Positions 19,348-30,263 of a stretch of 64,000 nt of DNA are shown here, one piece after another. The position numbers and the translations under genes are program-made. How positions within the stretch are numbered: position 1 is the stretch's first letter; each line of letters starts with the position of its first letter. Origin of the DNA: an uncultured bacterium (GTDB taxonomy: Bacteria > Patescibacteriota > Minisyncoccia > Phycocordibacterales > CAIRYW01); NCBI GenBank assembly GCA_963766885.1, contig CAVYBO010000002.1, positions 464,606-528,605 of the forward strand. Reading direction: 5' to 3'. Below the pieces are notes generated by a model that was given only the letters and a program-made list of their open reading frames with translations, did not search any database and was not told the origin of the DNA.

Positions 19348-21015
19348 ATGAAAAGAAAGATTTTCGTACTCGACGCCTTCACTCACGGGCATGACGCAGC
19401 TTCCAGATTCATCCGTAAGCAGGGCTGGAAAAAGGGCGATTGCGAAATCGTCTTTTGCGGAAGCCATGAAAAACTTCTAGAGCATCTGTCCCAAGGGCCA
19501 GGCTTTGGGGTTGTGCCGATTTACAACTCCATCATATTCGAGGTTTCAAGGGTTACGAATGAAGTCAGCCGGCTTCGTAACCTGGGATACGACTTTTCTG
19601 TCGTGGACAAACTGGAATTGCGCGTTAATCATTGCTTGCTTGCGCCAGCTCACGTCAGAGGAGTGAAACAATTGGAAAGAGTTTTCTCAAAGGAAGAGGC
19701 TCTGAATCAATGCGGCAACTTCCTCCGAGGAATTGGCATCACTGCTGAGAAACGCAGTGATTACAGCTCAACAGGCAGTGCTGCAAAGTTTGTCTCGCAC
19801 ACCAATCAAATGTTTGGCGCAATCGCTCCCAAACGCGCCGCAAAAGCATACGGATTGCAAGTGCTTGCCGAAAATATCCAGGACGCAAAGACGAACATCA
19901 CAACCTTCGAGCTTCTGGAAAATAAGGCGGAAGTAAAACCTGTCACGCTTGGCTTGGTTGGACACGGTCGTTTTGGCCGGGCGCTTGAAGTTTTTGCCGC
20001 AGGCATTGGTATGAACGTCATCTGGTCTGATCCAAAAAAAGCGTTAGGAATAACTAACGCAGAAGTGGTGAAAAAAGCTGACGTCGTGATATTTGCCTTG
20101 AACATCAGAAAAACTCCCTCCGTAATCCGTTCAATCATTAGGCATACCCGCAAGGACCAGCTGCTGATGGACATTACATCAGTCAAAACAAACGCCGTAG
20201 CAGCAATGCTGAAAGGCAAAGCGCAAGTGGTTGCAACTCATCCGATGTTTGCACCAAGTGTAGCATTTGAAGGTCAAACGATTGTTGTCTGCCCCGAAAG
20301 ACTGACGGACCCGAAATGGAAGACTTGGGTTGTAAACTGGCTGGCCAGAACCGGAATGAAAGTCGAGTGGAGCAGTCCTTTCGAACATGATACCTACATG
20401 CAGGGAGTGCAAACCAACCCTCACATGGCAAACCTTATCAATGCGGTGATGATCGCGGAGATGGGAATTTCGGTCAAAAAAAGCCTTGGGTTTACGAGCC
20501 CATTCTACCGTGTAATGTTTTCACTCATGGGACGCCTTCTTAATCACGATGCAGATTTGTACATAGACATGCTCTTGGAGAATCCGGTTTCACTGCCGAC
20601 TTTCCAAAAAAGAGCTAAGCTCGAACATCAAATTTTGCGAATGATTAAGAGGAAAGACCGTGATGGATTGCGTGGGTTGTTCCAAAAAGCTGCAGGCCAC
20701 TTCGGCACCGAAGTTATTAAGGAGGCTGATGAGCTTTTTCAACGCCTTATTGCTGTTACCAAAACGATCTACGGAAGAAACTCTATTATCCTCGAGTTCA
20801 ACAAAGAATTTGACCAGCCACTTCTTGGAAAGAAAATCCTGGGAGCGTTCGGGCGGCGAGGAATAAACCTTAACGGGTTTAACTTTGCGGCAATCGACGA
20901 CAATCGATTTCAATTTTGCATCAGCTTTGAATCTTCAAGATCATCTGATGATGTGAGGCTTGTACTTGAAGAAATCGAAAGCTGGGACGATGTTCCTATA
21001 AAGGTTGTTTCCTGA
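19348..21015 (+). CDS. Prephenate dehydratase-like + prephenate dehydrogenase (TyrA) + ACT-like fusion protein
   Basis: N-term PDT-like motifs GVVPIYNS, ALNQC, STGSAA, IQD...NITTF; middle GLVGHGRFG, DITSVK, THPMF, EHD; C-term ACT-like FGRRGINL. Confidence 0.8.
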   Translation: MKRKIFVLDAFTHGHDAASRFIRKQGWKKGDCEIVFCGSHEKLLEHLSQGPGFGVVPIYNSIIFEVSRVTNEVSRLRNLGYDFSVVDKLELRVNHCLLAPAHVRGVKQLERVFSKEEALNQCGNFLRGIGITAEKRSDYSSTGSAAKFVSHTNQMFGAIAPKRAAKAYGLQVLAENIQDAKTNITTFELLENKAEVKPVTLGLVGHGRFGRALEVFAAGIGMNVIWSDPKKALGITNAEVVKKADVVIFALNIRKTPSVIRSIIRHTRKDQLLMDITSVKTNAVAAMLKGKAQVVATHPMFAPSVAFEGQTIVVCPERLTDPKWKTWVVNWLARTGMKVEWSSPFEHDTYMQGVQTNPHMANLINAVMIAEMGISVKKSLGFTSPFYRVMFSLMGRLLNHDADLYIDMLLENPVSLPTFQKRAKLEHQILRMIKRKDRDGLRGLFQKAAGHFGTEVIKEADELFQRLIAVTKTIYGRNSIILEFNKEFDQPLLGKKILGAFGRRGINLNGFNFAAIDDNRFQFCISFESSRSSDDVRLVLEEIESWDDVPIKVVS

Positions 21016-21020
21016 TTTTA

Positions 21021-21048
21021 TGGAGCTTAACAAGCTCCAATTTTTTAT
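21021..21048 (+). terminator. Rho-independent terminator
   Basis: TGGAGCTT-AAC-AAGCTCCA followed by a T-tract. Confidence 0.7.
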
Positions 21049-21090
21049 ATTAAAAAACCAAAATAAAAAATAGCGGTTCTTAAACCGCTT

Positions 21091-21510
21091 TTACTCTGCT
21101 GCTACTTCGCTTAGCCGCAGACTCAGATTGACAAGAGCTCTTGCAATCCGACACGACACGAAATAATTTGTGCGATCTAGGTAAGCGCCTTGAAACTCCG
21201 CGTTCGGGCCCAACTTACCAATCAGTCTCTCAATATCACCAGAACTCGGGCTATATAAATAGCACAAATTGAAAGTCTCAGAACCGACAATGAGACGGTA
21301 ACCTCTTCTGAAACTTTCATACCTGAGGGTTGCACTCAGACCGATTCCAGAATAACCCAGAATTGTAACTCCCTCGCTTGCATTCAGACGAACTCCCGAG
21401 TCCGTGGGAATAGCAAACAAAGAGATTCTTCCGAGCAGCGTGTTTATTTCCTGCGTATGCAGGTCCAAGTCCTGTTGCCCGGAGACTCGAATAAGTAATG
21501 GAAATTTCAT
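21091..21510 (-). CDS. Hypothetical protein
   Basis: 139 aa ATG-started ORF with hairpin AGCGGTT..AACCGCT downstream. Confidence 0.55.
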   Translation of the reverse strand: MKFPLLIRVSGQQDLDLHTQEINTLLGRISLFAIPTDSGVRLNASEGVTILGYSGIGLSATLRYESFRRGYRLIVGSETFNLCYLYSPSSGDIERLIGKLGPNAEFQGAYLDRTNYFVSCRIARALVNLSLRLSEVAAE

Positions 21511-21607
21511 ACTGGAAAAAGAATACTCCTCACTAGTTTTCTGTCAACAAAAAATTTGACAAAAAATATTTCAGTAGTAAACCTAATGGTAGGAAGTACT
21601 AACAAAA

Positions 21608-22126
21608 ATGAAAACAAAAATTTCGTATCTGTTTCTGGTCACTTTTGCATTTTGCGGTTTGCTCGGATGCGTTTCGCAGCCATGCGAATGCGAATGGGGA
21701 AAGTGCAAAAAAATCCTTTGCAGAGCTACAGCTTATTCCAAAGGCAAACATGCAAGCGATCCATGGTCTAAGATGGATCAAAGTGCCAGCGGAGTCTCTC
21801 TTCGTTATGCGTCGATTAATCAGATTGGTGTGGCATCTGTGCCCTCCGGAATTCAGCGATGGAGCCTAATTGAGCTTGATCGGCCAACCGGACCACTTAT
21901 TTATGTGGCGGCAGACCGAGGCACGGATGTTGAATCCGGAAAAGCGGCAATAAAATCCGGAAAAACATCTGCGGAGAAAAAAGCGCCTGTGATAGATTTC
22001 TGTGCTCCAAAGCAGAGCTGGAGAGATTTTCTTCAAGTAAAAATCTATCCTTACTTGGGAAATCAAAGTCCGCCAGAGAAAGAGATCTTTAACCGGACAT
22101 TCATCGGATCAATAATCGGAAAATAG
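21608..22126 (+). CDS. Lipoprotein with 3D (Asp-Asp-Asp)/MltA-like domain
   Basis: Signal peptide with lipobox LLGC; RATAYS, SASG, YVAADRG, VIDF motifs; TTGACA promoter and GAGAGGC..GCCTCTC terminator. Confidence 0.6.
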   Translation: MKTKISYLFLVTFAFCGLLGCVSQPCECEWGKCKKILCRATAYSKGKHASDPWSKMDQSASGVSLRYASINQIGVASVPSGIQRWSLIELDRPTGPLIYVAADRGTDVESGKAAIKSGKTSAEKKAPVIDFCAPKQSWRDFLQVKIYPYLGNQSPPEKEIFNRTFIGSIIGK

Positions 22127-22213
22127 CAGAGAGGCTTGCCTCTCAATTTTTTATAAAAAATTTTCAAAAAAAATTATTTTGAGTATAAAAATTGCCGAAT
22201 CGTTCTAAAGGAA

Positions 22214-22861
22214 CTATCGGCTTGAAACACGTACTTCGCTTGGCCGCGTAAACCACACGTCTTGCCAGGTGTGCCACTGAACTTCAGTGAGATAATCAAC
22301 TGGAGCATTGCGACTGCGCAATTTGTAAACCAAAAAGGCTATGTTGCCCTCGCGGTCTCCAACTGCTTTGCGGCGCACGAGCACGCGTACGATGTTGCCC
22401 TCACGAAGATGTGAAGCCTTTGAGTAATTGAAGTCAACCACTACTGCGATGCTCTTTCCCCGCAAATCGGCGCAGGCCATCAAGCCAATCTGTCGACGGA
22501 ATTTTTTGGGTCGGTTGATCACTTTAACATCGTAGTAGTCATCAACTGCTGACGATGTTCCGTAAACACCGGCATCCTTCAAGGCAAACACCATGCCACC
22601 ATCCACGTCTGGTTCCATTTCGGCTGTGGAAATGTCCACACCGATATTTTGTCCAGGCACAACCGTCGCCCCACCCTGATCCGAAAATCGGACTAATAGA
22701 GGATATGACTTGCACTCGTCGCTAGACGCTTCCATCAGCCCAATGTGCTTGTAGAAAAGCACCGGAGCCGACTTGGCCAACATGAAGGGATTCTCATCCT
22801 CGGCAAAACCAATTGCCGACATGCCAAACAGCACAGCAAACAACATCAAATAACTTTTCAT
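22214..22861 (-). CDS. Secreted hypothetical protein
   Basis: Signal peptide MKSYLMLFAVLFGMSAIGFA; GC-rich relative to host genes. Confidence 0.65.
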   Translation of the reverse strand: MKSYLMLFAVLFGMSAIGFAEDENPFMLAKSAPVLFYKHIGLMEASSDECKSYPLLVRFSDQGGATVVPGQNIGVDISTAEMEPDVDGGMVFALKDAGVYGTSSAVDDYYDVKVINRPKKFRRQIGLMACADLRGKSIAVVVDFNYSKASHLREGNIVRVLVRRKAVGDREGNIAFLVYKLRSRNAPVDYLTEVQWHTWQDVWFTRPSEVRVSSR

Positions 22862-22894
22862 TTATTATATAATACTACTAAATTAGGGGTATTG

Positions 22895-25801
22895 TCAAGG
22901 TTGATTTTCTGAAACCAGAACAACGTTAGCGTAGGTATTATCTGTAGGGTTATCATTCTTATCCACCAATCCAATAGCCTTGAAAACTCCTACAGAAACA
23001 TCAATTGTTTCTTTTTCGGCTGGACCCCTATCAATAATTGGAACAACTACAGATTGCTTTGTTTCTGGATTTGTAATTTGAAGCTCATAATCATCTAAAA
23101 CAGCGTTATTATACTTTCCAGTCCTGGCAGCCTTCCGCAAATTATAATCAATTGGGTATGCTGCATACAAATCTTTCACTCTGTCATAACTATTCATAAA
23201 CTTTCCTGAAACCGACCCTTTTTCATGATAACCTATACAGCCCTTTACACTTCCTTGGGGAAAATAAACTAGATCCCCTACCTTAGAGCCAGCAGGAATG
23301 TCATCCCCTGTTTGATAGTGAGCAAGTGTTTGAAAGTTGCAATTGTTATCATTATCGTGTTCGTAGGCGTCGCCGTTTGAATTAATTCTAACATCTTGCT
23401 CGCCGCCGAAATAAGTAAGTCTCCAAGGATGTTTAGATGCAAAAGTCAGGCCTTGAGAAGGAGGAGTAGCCGCCGCAAGCTGGCTGTTTGGAAGCAAATG
23501 AAACCAACTCAAGATTGCGGATGCAGTGTTGTTTTCAGAAGCAATATTATTGAGTAAAGAGGAAGCGCTGGCAAATATGTTATCCAAGAAACCTCCGGAA
23601 TTCATGGAGATATCTGGATTGGGTACTGGATCGCCGGTCGTAGGATCATATTTTCCGTTGTATGTCCAATATGATTTAGGTGTAACGTTAAAATTGTAGT
23701 CGTTTACTATCTCATACTTTCCTGGGTAATAGAAAGTCAGTGAATGATTTGCAAATGTTTGGGTTAACTCTGAAGTTCCAAAACCATTAGGACTAGGAGC
23801 ACATAAAAAACAAGTCTTACTGGTCATAACATCAGAGTCTGTTCCGTTTGGTGTAGCGTCCACTGTCAAATTTGGATAATATAAGTTACCGTTATGTATT
23901 ACATTAGTAGAACCTCCATAATTAGTTGAAAGAACCGGCGAAGCAGAAATTCTGAAATCTCCAAAAACTGAATTTTCACTTGTATTATCCACTGTGCGCG
24001 AGCATGTAACAGTACCTGAATCAAAACATGTAAAATCTGTTGAAAGATCCGGGTGATAAGAGAAAAGCTGGCCGACTCCAAGATCCGCTTCTGATGTTCT
24101 TGGATCTGATGTAAAAGATTGAAAATTGCTATTTAAAGTACTAATTCCCAGCAATCCACTTTTGGAATCTGACATATAATCAGAAGGGCCGTATAGATAG
24201 GTTCCTCGTAAAGCCTGGATATCGGCAGCAAAATTTACAGACCAATCCTTAGTTCTCCAAAACCATTTCATCATCTCGTCAAAAGTCAGGCCTACCGGGT
24301 AATCTGTTCCAGGGCCAACATCCGAGCCTGTGCCACCAACTATTTGTCCTTGTATAAATTCTGGAGCACGAATCATAAAACCACTCTGCGGATACCCGCT
24401 TGCAATCCCAGCAGTCCAAACTTCATATATATTGCCATTAATTGTAATTATTTCTGGTATTGCGTTTGGATCTGGCTGCAGCAAACCATTGACCTTTGCC
24501 GTATTTTCATCCGAATCAACGGGGTAAAGCCAATAGTAAGTTTTTCCATCCCATTCTCCATCAACAACTTCCGGTACTTTAAGTCCGCCGCCATTGTCAG
24601 TGAATGAATAATAAAGACGAGTGGTTGTAGAAACAAATCCGTTGTTAACAAATGTATCAACCGTAAAAGTAAGCCATGGGACTACCACATTGCCATTAAT
24701 ATCGTGGTGAATATAAGGCGGCTCGCCTTGACCGCTCCAGCCATTTACTGTTGTTCCATCATTAATATAATTTACACTCCCGCCATATTCATTATTACCC
24801 CATGAATATCCTGTGCCTCCGGTATTGCCATCCGATACTCCAGCATTGGCATCGCCGATGCCGTTTAACGCACCGCTTGATTGGCAAGTTTGGGAAGGTA
24901 AAGTTTCTGTGGGAGACGACTCCGCTGATGTGCCAGAAGAATTAGAAGCTGAAACTTTGTAAAAGAGATGTTTAAATGAGTTTGGGTAAACATCTGAAAT
25001 AGTAGTTGTAGCTGTTGGAGAATTAGTTAACTCATAATAGGGTCCCATTAATGCAGTTGCACGTAAAATGTGATATTTGATGGCGCCAGAAACCGGATCC
25101 CATTTAATCAAAACTTTTCCTCCGCATTGTTTCCCTGGAAAAGCAAAAACATCAGTTGGAGTGGATGGTACCGAAGATTTAGTTTCGGTTGTTGTAAAAA
25201 CCACCGGCTTGCTTTTACCATTAATCGTCTCAACAGTTATGTTGTAAGAACCAGAATGTATAGCGGTTGTTGTACCAGAACAATTTCCAGCACTTCCAAA
25301 CGGATCGCACAAAGGCAAAACGGTTTTTGGAATAGCAAAGGTGATACTTGTGCCATTCGATGAGCTTGGGATAGGAACTGAATCATTAACACTGAGTCCG
25401 TTTAGCAAAACATAGTTTTTTGTTGGATCAAAATTTGCTCCTGTGATAGTGACTGGAGTTGCGATAGGTCCTGTTGATGGAGAGAGATAACTTATTACAG
25501 GCGGTATTGTAGGAACAGCTGTATATTGGCCCAAGCATGGTTTTCCAGTTATTCTGCTGTATAAATCTCCAGGTAGACAACCAAAAGAAGATAATGGATT
25601 GGATTGACAGAAAAACCCCTTTGTTGAAGTGTATTGAAATATTCCTCCTTCGGGACACACTAAGGAAGGATTATTAGACATCTCGGCACTTTGAGCATAG
25701 ACCTTCAAAGGCAATGTTATGGCTATCAGGAAAATACTAAAAACCGCTAAAGCGACGACTGGTCTTAGGTTTCCTACATAAATAGATAGAATTCTTTTCA
25801 T
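22895..25801 (-). CDS. Large secreted/surface protein: IPT/TIG + FN3 + C-terminal RlpA-like double-psi beta-barrel
   Basis: Signal peptide; GCLPGDLYSRITGKPC; PVISYLSPSTGP..VTITGANF (IPT); W..VSGA..Y.I.R / YKVSASN (FN3); ITNPETKQSVVVPIIDRGP...IDVSVGVFKAIG (DPBB). Confidence 0.75.
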   Translation of the reverse strand: MKRILSIYVGNLRPVVALAVFSIFLIAITLPLKVYAQSAEMSNNPSLVCPEGGIFQYTSTKGFFCQSNPLSSFGCLPGDLYSRITGKPCLGQYTAVPTIPPVISYLSPSTGPIATPVTITGANFDPTKNYVLLNGLSVNDSVPIPSSSNGTSITFAIPKTVLPLCDPFGSAGNCSGTTTAIHSGSYNITVETINGKSKPVVFTTTETKSSVPSTPTDVFAFPGKQCGGKVLIKWDPVSGAIKYHILRATALMGPYYELTNSPTATTTISDVYPNSFKHLFYKVSASNSSGTSAESSPTETLPSQTCQSSGALNGIGDANAGVSDGNTGGTGYSWGNNEYGGSVNYINDGTTVNGWSGQGEPPYIHHDINGNVVVPWLTFTVDTFVNNGFVSTTTRLYYSFTDNGGGLKVPEVVDGEWDGKTYYWLYPVDSDENTAKVNGLLQPDPNAIPEIITINGNIYEVWTAGIASGYPQSGFMIRAPEFIQGQIVGGTGSDVGPGTDYPVGLTFDEMMKWFWRTKDWSVNFAADIQALRGTYLYGPSDYMSDSKSGLLGISTLNSNFQSFTSDPRTSEADLGVGQLFSYHPDLSTDFTCFDSGTVTCSRTVDNTSENSVFGDFRISASPVLSTNYGGSTNVIHNGNLYYPNLTVDATPNGTDSDVMTSKTCFLCAPSPNGFGTSELTQTFANHSLTFYYPGKYEIVNDYNFNVTPKSYWTYNGKYDPTTGDPVPNPDISMNSGGFLDNIFASASSLLNNIASENNTASAILSWFHLLPNSQLAAATPPSQGLTFASKHPWRLTYFGGEQDVRINSNGDAYEHDNDNNCNFQTLAHYQTGDDIPAGSKVGDLVYFPQGSVKGCIGYHEKGSVSGKFMNSYDRVKDLYAAYPIDYNLRKAARTGKYNNAVLDDYELQITNPETKQSVVVPIIDRGPAEKETIDVSVGVFKAIGLVDKNDNPTDNTYANVVLVSENQP

Positions 25802-26011
25802 TGATCTCAGATTTTGTAATTAATAATTTTAACAAGCAAGAAAGCAGATTTTATATTTATCCTGCACAATTAAAGACTTTGCTATAACTGACAATAATTG
25901 TCTTCCTAATTTTTTTAAAGGCAAATAGCGTTATCCACAGCTTGATTTTTTTACAGAAAATAAAAAAACACCAAAAATATCGGTGATTTAATCTCTTTCT
26001 GATTCTAAAAA

Positions 26012-28153
26012 TTATTTCCTTGCTTCTACGATAGTTTTTTCTACGTTTGGAGGCACCACTTCATAGTGATCAAATTCCATAGTCGATGATGCACGTCCTT
26101 CAGAGAGTGAACGCAAGCTCGTGACATATCCAAACATTTCTGAAAGCGGCACCATTGCAAGCAAAACTTTGTTTTGTCCGCGGTCGCTCATAGACATAAT
26201 CTGTGCGCGCTTGGAGTTTAGATTTCCTGTGACATCTCCCATGAACTTTTCTGGAGTGACAACTTCAACTTTCATAATCGGTTCCAGAATCACAGGCTTT
26301 GCATGTCTGGCAGCTTCCTGAAACGCTTGCGAAGCTGCGATTTTGTACGCGATTTCAGATGAGTCAACATCGTGGGAGCTTCCGTATGTCAGTTCGCAAG
26401 AAATATTTGTCAGATGGAATCCCGCAACAATTCCTCGCTCCATTCCTTCTTTGACACCTTTCATAACTGCAGGAATAAATTCTTGCGGAATTACGCCCCC
26501 TTTGATTGAATCGATAAATTCAAATCCTTCTTCGCGCTTAGTATTTTTTGGAATTTTGGCGCCTTCTTCAAGCGGCTGAAGAGGTTTGATATTTAGCTTT
26601 ACGTGTCCATACTGACCCTTTCCTCCAGACTGCTTAATGTATTTGTGTTCTGCTTCTGCTGTGCCAAGAATTGTTTCTCTATAAGCTACTTGCGGCTTGC
26701 CAACATTTGCTTCCACAGAAAATTCGCGCTTCATTCTGTCTATCATAATTTCCAAGTGAAGCTCTCCCATTCCAGAAATGATTGTTTCTCCTGTTTCTGT
26801 GTTTGAAGAAATTCTGAATGTTGGATCTTCATCACCAAGTTTTTTGAGAGCCATACCCATTTTTTCCTGATCGGCTTTGGTTTTGGGTTCAATGCGGAGC
26901 GATACAACAGGCTCAGCAAATTTAATCGGCGCCAGGATTATCGGATTGTTTTCATCGCAAAATGTGTGAGAAGTTTTGGCGCTCTTGAGCCCTACAGCTG
27001 CGGCAATTTCTCCCGAAAAAACTTTTTTAACATCTTCTCTTTTGTTGGCTTGAAGACGGACAATTCTTCCGAGCCTTTCTTTTTCGCCTGTTGTTGAGTT
27101 GTATAAATATGTTCCCGATTCAACCGTTCCTGAATAAACACGGAAAAACGTAAGTTGACCTACGAATGGATCAGTCTGCAATTTAAAAGCCAAAGCAGAA
27201 AAAGGCTCTGTGTCTGAGGCATGACGCTCAATTTCTTGACCTGTTTTTGGATCAGTTCCTTTGATTGAAGGAATATCTAAAGGCGAAGGCAAATATTCAA
27301 CCACAGCATCAAGCACCAACTGCACGCCTTTGTTTTTGAGAGCAGATCCGGTAAATACTGGAAAGATTTTGTTTTCAATTGTAGCTTTTCGCAAAGTTTC
27401 TTTGAGCACCGGCATTGCAATCTCTTTGCCTTCAAGAAATGCTGTCATCAGATCGTCATCGTGCTCTACAATTCTTTCCACCAATTCCGCGCGGTATTTT
27501 TTGGCATCTTCAAGATATTCTGCTGGAATTTCATACTCTATAACTTTGTTTCCCATTTCACCTTCAAATTTGTAGGCTTTCATCTTCATAAGATCAATCA
27601 CACCTTCGTGTTTGTCTTCTTCGCCAATTGGAATCTGCATTCGCACAGCGTTTTTGTTCAGCCTTTCAAGAATTGACTGGTAGCTTCTCTCAAAGCTTCC
27701 GCCAGTTCTGTCTAGTTTGTTGATAAAACAAATTCTTGGCACGTTGTATTTGTCTGCTTGCCTCCAAACAGTTTCTGATTGAGGCTCCACTCCAGCCACT
27801 CCGTCAAACACCACTACTCCGCCATCCAAAACTTTCAGACTTCTTTCTACTTCCACAGTAAAGTCCACGTGTCCGGGAGTATCGATAATATTAAAACGAT
27901 GCTTCAAATCTTTATTGAGCGCATCATAAGTGGGAGTCCAAAAACAAGTAATAGCCGCAGCGGTGATTGTGATGCCTCTTTCTTTTTCCTGCTCCATCCA
28001 GTCTGTTGTTGCTTCCCCCTCGTGCACTTCGCCGATTTTGTGGCTCATTCCTGTGTAATACAAAATTCTCTCGGAAGTTGTAGTCTTGCCAGCATCAATG
28101 TGGGCAATAATACCGAAATTTCTAACTTTTTCTAATGGATAGTCGCGGTTCAT
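26012..28153 (-). CDS. fusA: Elongation factor G
   Basis: [45 protein letters not shown]. Confidence 0.99.
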   Translation of the reverse strand: MNRDYPLEKVRNFGIIAHIDAGKTTTSERILYYTGMSHKIGEVHEGEATTDWMEQEKERGITITAAAITCFWTPTYDALNKDLKHRFNIIDTPGHVDFTVEVERSLKVLDGGVVVFDGVAGVEPQSETVWRQADKYNVPRICFINKLDRTGGSFERSYQSILERLNKNAVRMQIPIGEEDKHEGVIDLMKMKAYKFEGEMGNKVIEYEIPAEYLEDAKKYRAELVERIVEHDDDLMTAFLEGKEIAMPVLKETLRKATIENKIFPVFTGSALKNKGVQLVLDAVVEYLPSPLDIPSIKGTDPKTGQEIERHASDTEPFSALAFKLQTDPFVGQLTFFRVYSGTVESGTYLYNSTTGEKERLGRIVRLQANKREDVKKVFSGEIAAAVGLKSAKTSHTFCDENNPIILAPIKFAEPVVSLRIEPKTKADQEKMGMALKKLGDEDPTFRISSNTETGETIISGMGELHLEIMIDRMKREFSVEANVGKPQVAYRETILGTAEAEHKYIKQSGGKGQYGHVKLNIKPLQPLEEGAKIPKNTKREEGFEFIDSIKGGVIPQEFIPAVMKGVKEGMERGIVAGFHLTNISCELTYGSSHDVDSSEIAYKIAASQAFQEAARHAKPVILEPIMKVEVVTPEKFMGDVTGNLNSKRAQIMSMSDRGQNKVLLAMVPLSEMFGYVTSLRSLSEGRASSTMEFDHYEVVPPNVEKTIVEARK

Positions 28154-28303
28154 AAATTATGATTAAAAATAAAACGAAGCAGCGCTTCGTGCAAAATAGA
28201 ATACAGGAAAAATACTTTTTAGGCAAATATTCTGATTTCAATGAAGTTATAGACAACAAACACCGTTCTAGTATCATAAAATCAGTTAACTACTAGTGTC
28301 ACT

Positions 28304-29032
28304 ATGAACATTCAAATAGAAAGTGTTTGGCAAAAACAACGACAGCTTAAGGAGGAAGTAGGGAGAATAAAGGGACTGCTTAAACAGATTGAGCGGAACC
28401 TTGCTGATTTCAATTCCAACAAGCGTAAGGAGCTGGCTCTGTAAATCAAGAATGGCCAGAGCACGGGCGATCTCTTGCAAGATCAGATGATCATTCACTT
28501 CGGCCTTGACCTCGAGACAATCGTTAAGTTCCAGAACTTCAACAAGAAACTGGTTGCGGCCAAGGGACAGATCATCGTCATCACTCATTCCTACAAATCC
28601 CGTTATGGATTTATGGGAATGGGAATGGAAGATAAATATCAAACATCCTACGCTGTGGAAATTGGCCGATTGAGCGGAGAAAGTCTGCAGATCAGGAAAG
28701 GTAAAAATTCATTCCCCGATCTGGTTATACCCACCGAACGCTACGCAAAGTGGAATGGCAGAGAAAAAAAGCCGGAGTGCGATCTTGGCGAATTGCTGAT
28801 TCCCTCCTATCCTTTTGAAGGTCCTGGAAGCGAAGAGTTAATCGAATTCATAGCCGGTGAGAATCAATCAGGCAAAGGCTGCGCCATCTACATCGGCACT
28901 CCCAAAGAGCTTGGGGAACGTGTCGGAGAATTCGCCTACCCACTTGTTCACACGGCGGGTGACTTCGAAAAAGCTCTGGAGTTCCTTGACAAAGCTACTC
29001 CCGAAGAAGCTGTCCGTGGCGATGGTATTTAG
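28304..29032 (+). pseudogene. Orphan ORF (about 242 codons) interrupted by one in-frame TAA at 28442-28444
   Basis: ATG at 28304 (MNIQIESVWQ...KELAL*IKNGQSTGDLLQDQM) is in frame with track ORF 28475..29032. Confidence 0.55.
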
Positions 29033-29152
29033 TTCGTTACTCGCGCATCCGCGCGAATTTTTTATTTCTAAAAATTTTGACTGAATTGAACTTGGTTTTT
29101 TAAATTCAAATTGACAAGGCATAATTTTAATGGTATTTGTATAAATAAGTAT

Positions 29153-29599
29153 ATGAATCGTTCCTTTTTTCAAAAATTCCTGCCAAGATTTATCAAAAAG
29201 TGGCTGGATACCTCAAACATGGCTTTCGCGAAACATTTTCGCGCAATTCATGGTGTGCTTACCTTCCGAAAAGTCCAGCAAGTGGTGGATGACACTTCCA
29301 CACCTACAATTTGCTTTTGCCCTCTGTGCGCCAAAGCAATCAAGACCGGCAAAAACGGACAAGTCGGAGTTTGGCTCAGCCATCGAGATCGCACTCCCGA
29401 CGATCCGGAAGTCCGGGTGGCCAAAAAGCAAACACTTTTTGTGTCATACAAAGATCAGGAATACCAAGTTTGTTGTAGTGATTGTTCACCCAAACACTCT
29501 GAGCTTCCAGATCGTTTCGGACACATTGATCAAAATGGCAACTTGATCAACGCCACTCCAAGAATCAGCAGGCACCTGCCTTCAAAACCACCGTCTTGA
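29153..29599 (+). CDS. Hypothetical Cys-rich (possible Zn-binding) protein
   Basis: CFCPLC and CCSDC; TTGACA promoter at 29111; ACCACCGT..ACGGTGGT terminator. Confidence 0.6.
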   Translation: MNRSFFQKFLPRFIKKWLDTSNMAFAKHFRAIHGVLTFRKVQQVVDDTSTPTICFCPLCAKAIKTGKNGQVGVWLSHRDRTPDDPEVRVAKKQTLFVSYKDQEYQVCCSDCSPKHSELPDRFGHIDQNGNLINATPRISRHLPSKPPS

Positions 29600-29615
29600 A
29601 CGGTGGTATTTTTTA
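29587..29615 (+). terminator. Rho-independent terminator
   Basis: ACCACCGT-CTTGA-ACGGTGGT then ATTTTTT. Confidence 0.7.
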
Positions 29616-29670
29616 TTTAAAAACCTATTGCATCAATATCGCTTTGGTGTAGTATGCAATTTAGAAAATT

Positions 29671-29826
29671 ATGAGATCACCCCAGCATACCAAACGAAGC
29701 GGCCCGCTAATTTACACACCAGTCGACGAAGCCGACTATCGTCCGCCAGGGTTCCGAGGCAAAAAGGGCGGCTACTGTCAGCCGATTGACACCAGGTATC
29801 ACTACCACTACATTCGCACGGCTTAG
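29671..29826 (+). CDS. Small orphan protein (51 aa)
   Basis: MRSPQHTKRSGPLIYTPVDEADYRPPGFRGKKGGYCQPIDTRYHYHYIRTA*; TTGCAT..TAGTAT promoter upstream; ACCTCTT-CCGA-AAGAGGT terminator at 29843-29860. Confidence 0.5.
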   Translation: MRSPQHTKRSGPLIYTPVDEADYRPPGFRGKKGGYCQPIDTRYHYHYIRTA

Positions 29827-29864
29827 TCTCCTCGCACAAAAAACCTCTTCCGAAAGAGGTATTT

Positions 29865-30263
29865 TTATTCCCTCTTTTTGAGTTCAATTTCTTCTTTAGT
29901 CAAATCAAACTTAACTGTAAATTTATCAAAAAATCCATTCTGTCCAACCAAACCATACGGCATAACATTTCCAGCAACACTTTTCATAAAACCGGCTTCT
30001 ATTTCATAAGGCCAGCCACCAACTTCAATAGTTATCTTATGAAAATAATACACAGATGCTTTGCCACCAACACCAAAAACTTCTCTCATTGGAGCATTCT
30101 TCAAATTAATATCTAACACTTCAGCAAGCTCCGCATCAAAAATACAGAGATCCGCACCAGAATCAACTAGCACCTCATAACTGATTTTCTTATCTTTATT
30201 AACAAGAGTTATTGGTATAACTGGACGCAATGTTTTTCCGTAGCGTTTGTAGCGAAATTTCAT
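29865..30263 (-). CDS. Retropepsin-like (clan AA) aspartic protease
   Basis: VLVDSGAD catalytic motif, GLVGQNGFF C-terminal motif. Confidence 0.85.
   Translation of the reverse strand: MKFRYKRYGKTLRPVIPITLVNKDKKISYEVLVDSGADLCIFDAELAEVLDINLKNAPMREVFGVGGKASVYYFHKITIEVGGWPYEIEAGFMKSVAGNVMPYGLVGQNGFFDKFTVKFDLTKEEIELKKRE

Noticed and set aside
25932-25940. Perfect DnaA box TTATCCACA as a replication origin
   Set aside because: Single box with no cluster and no dnaA/dnaN nearby
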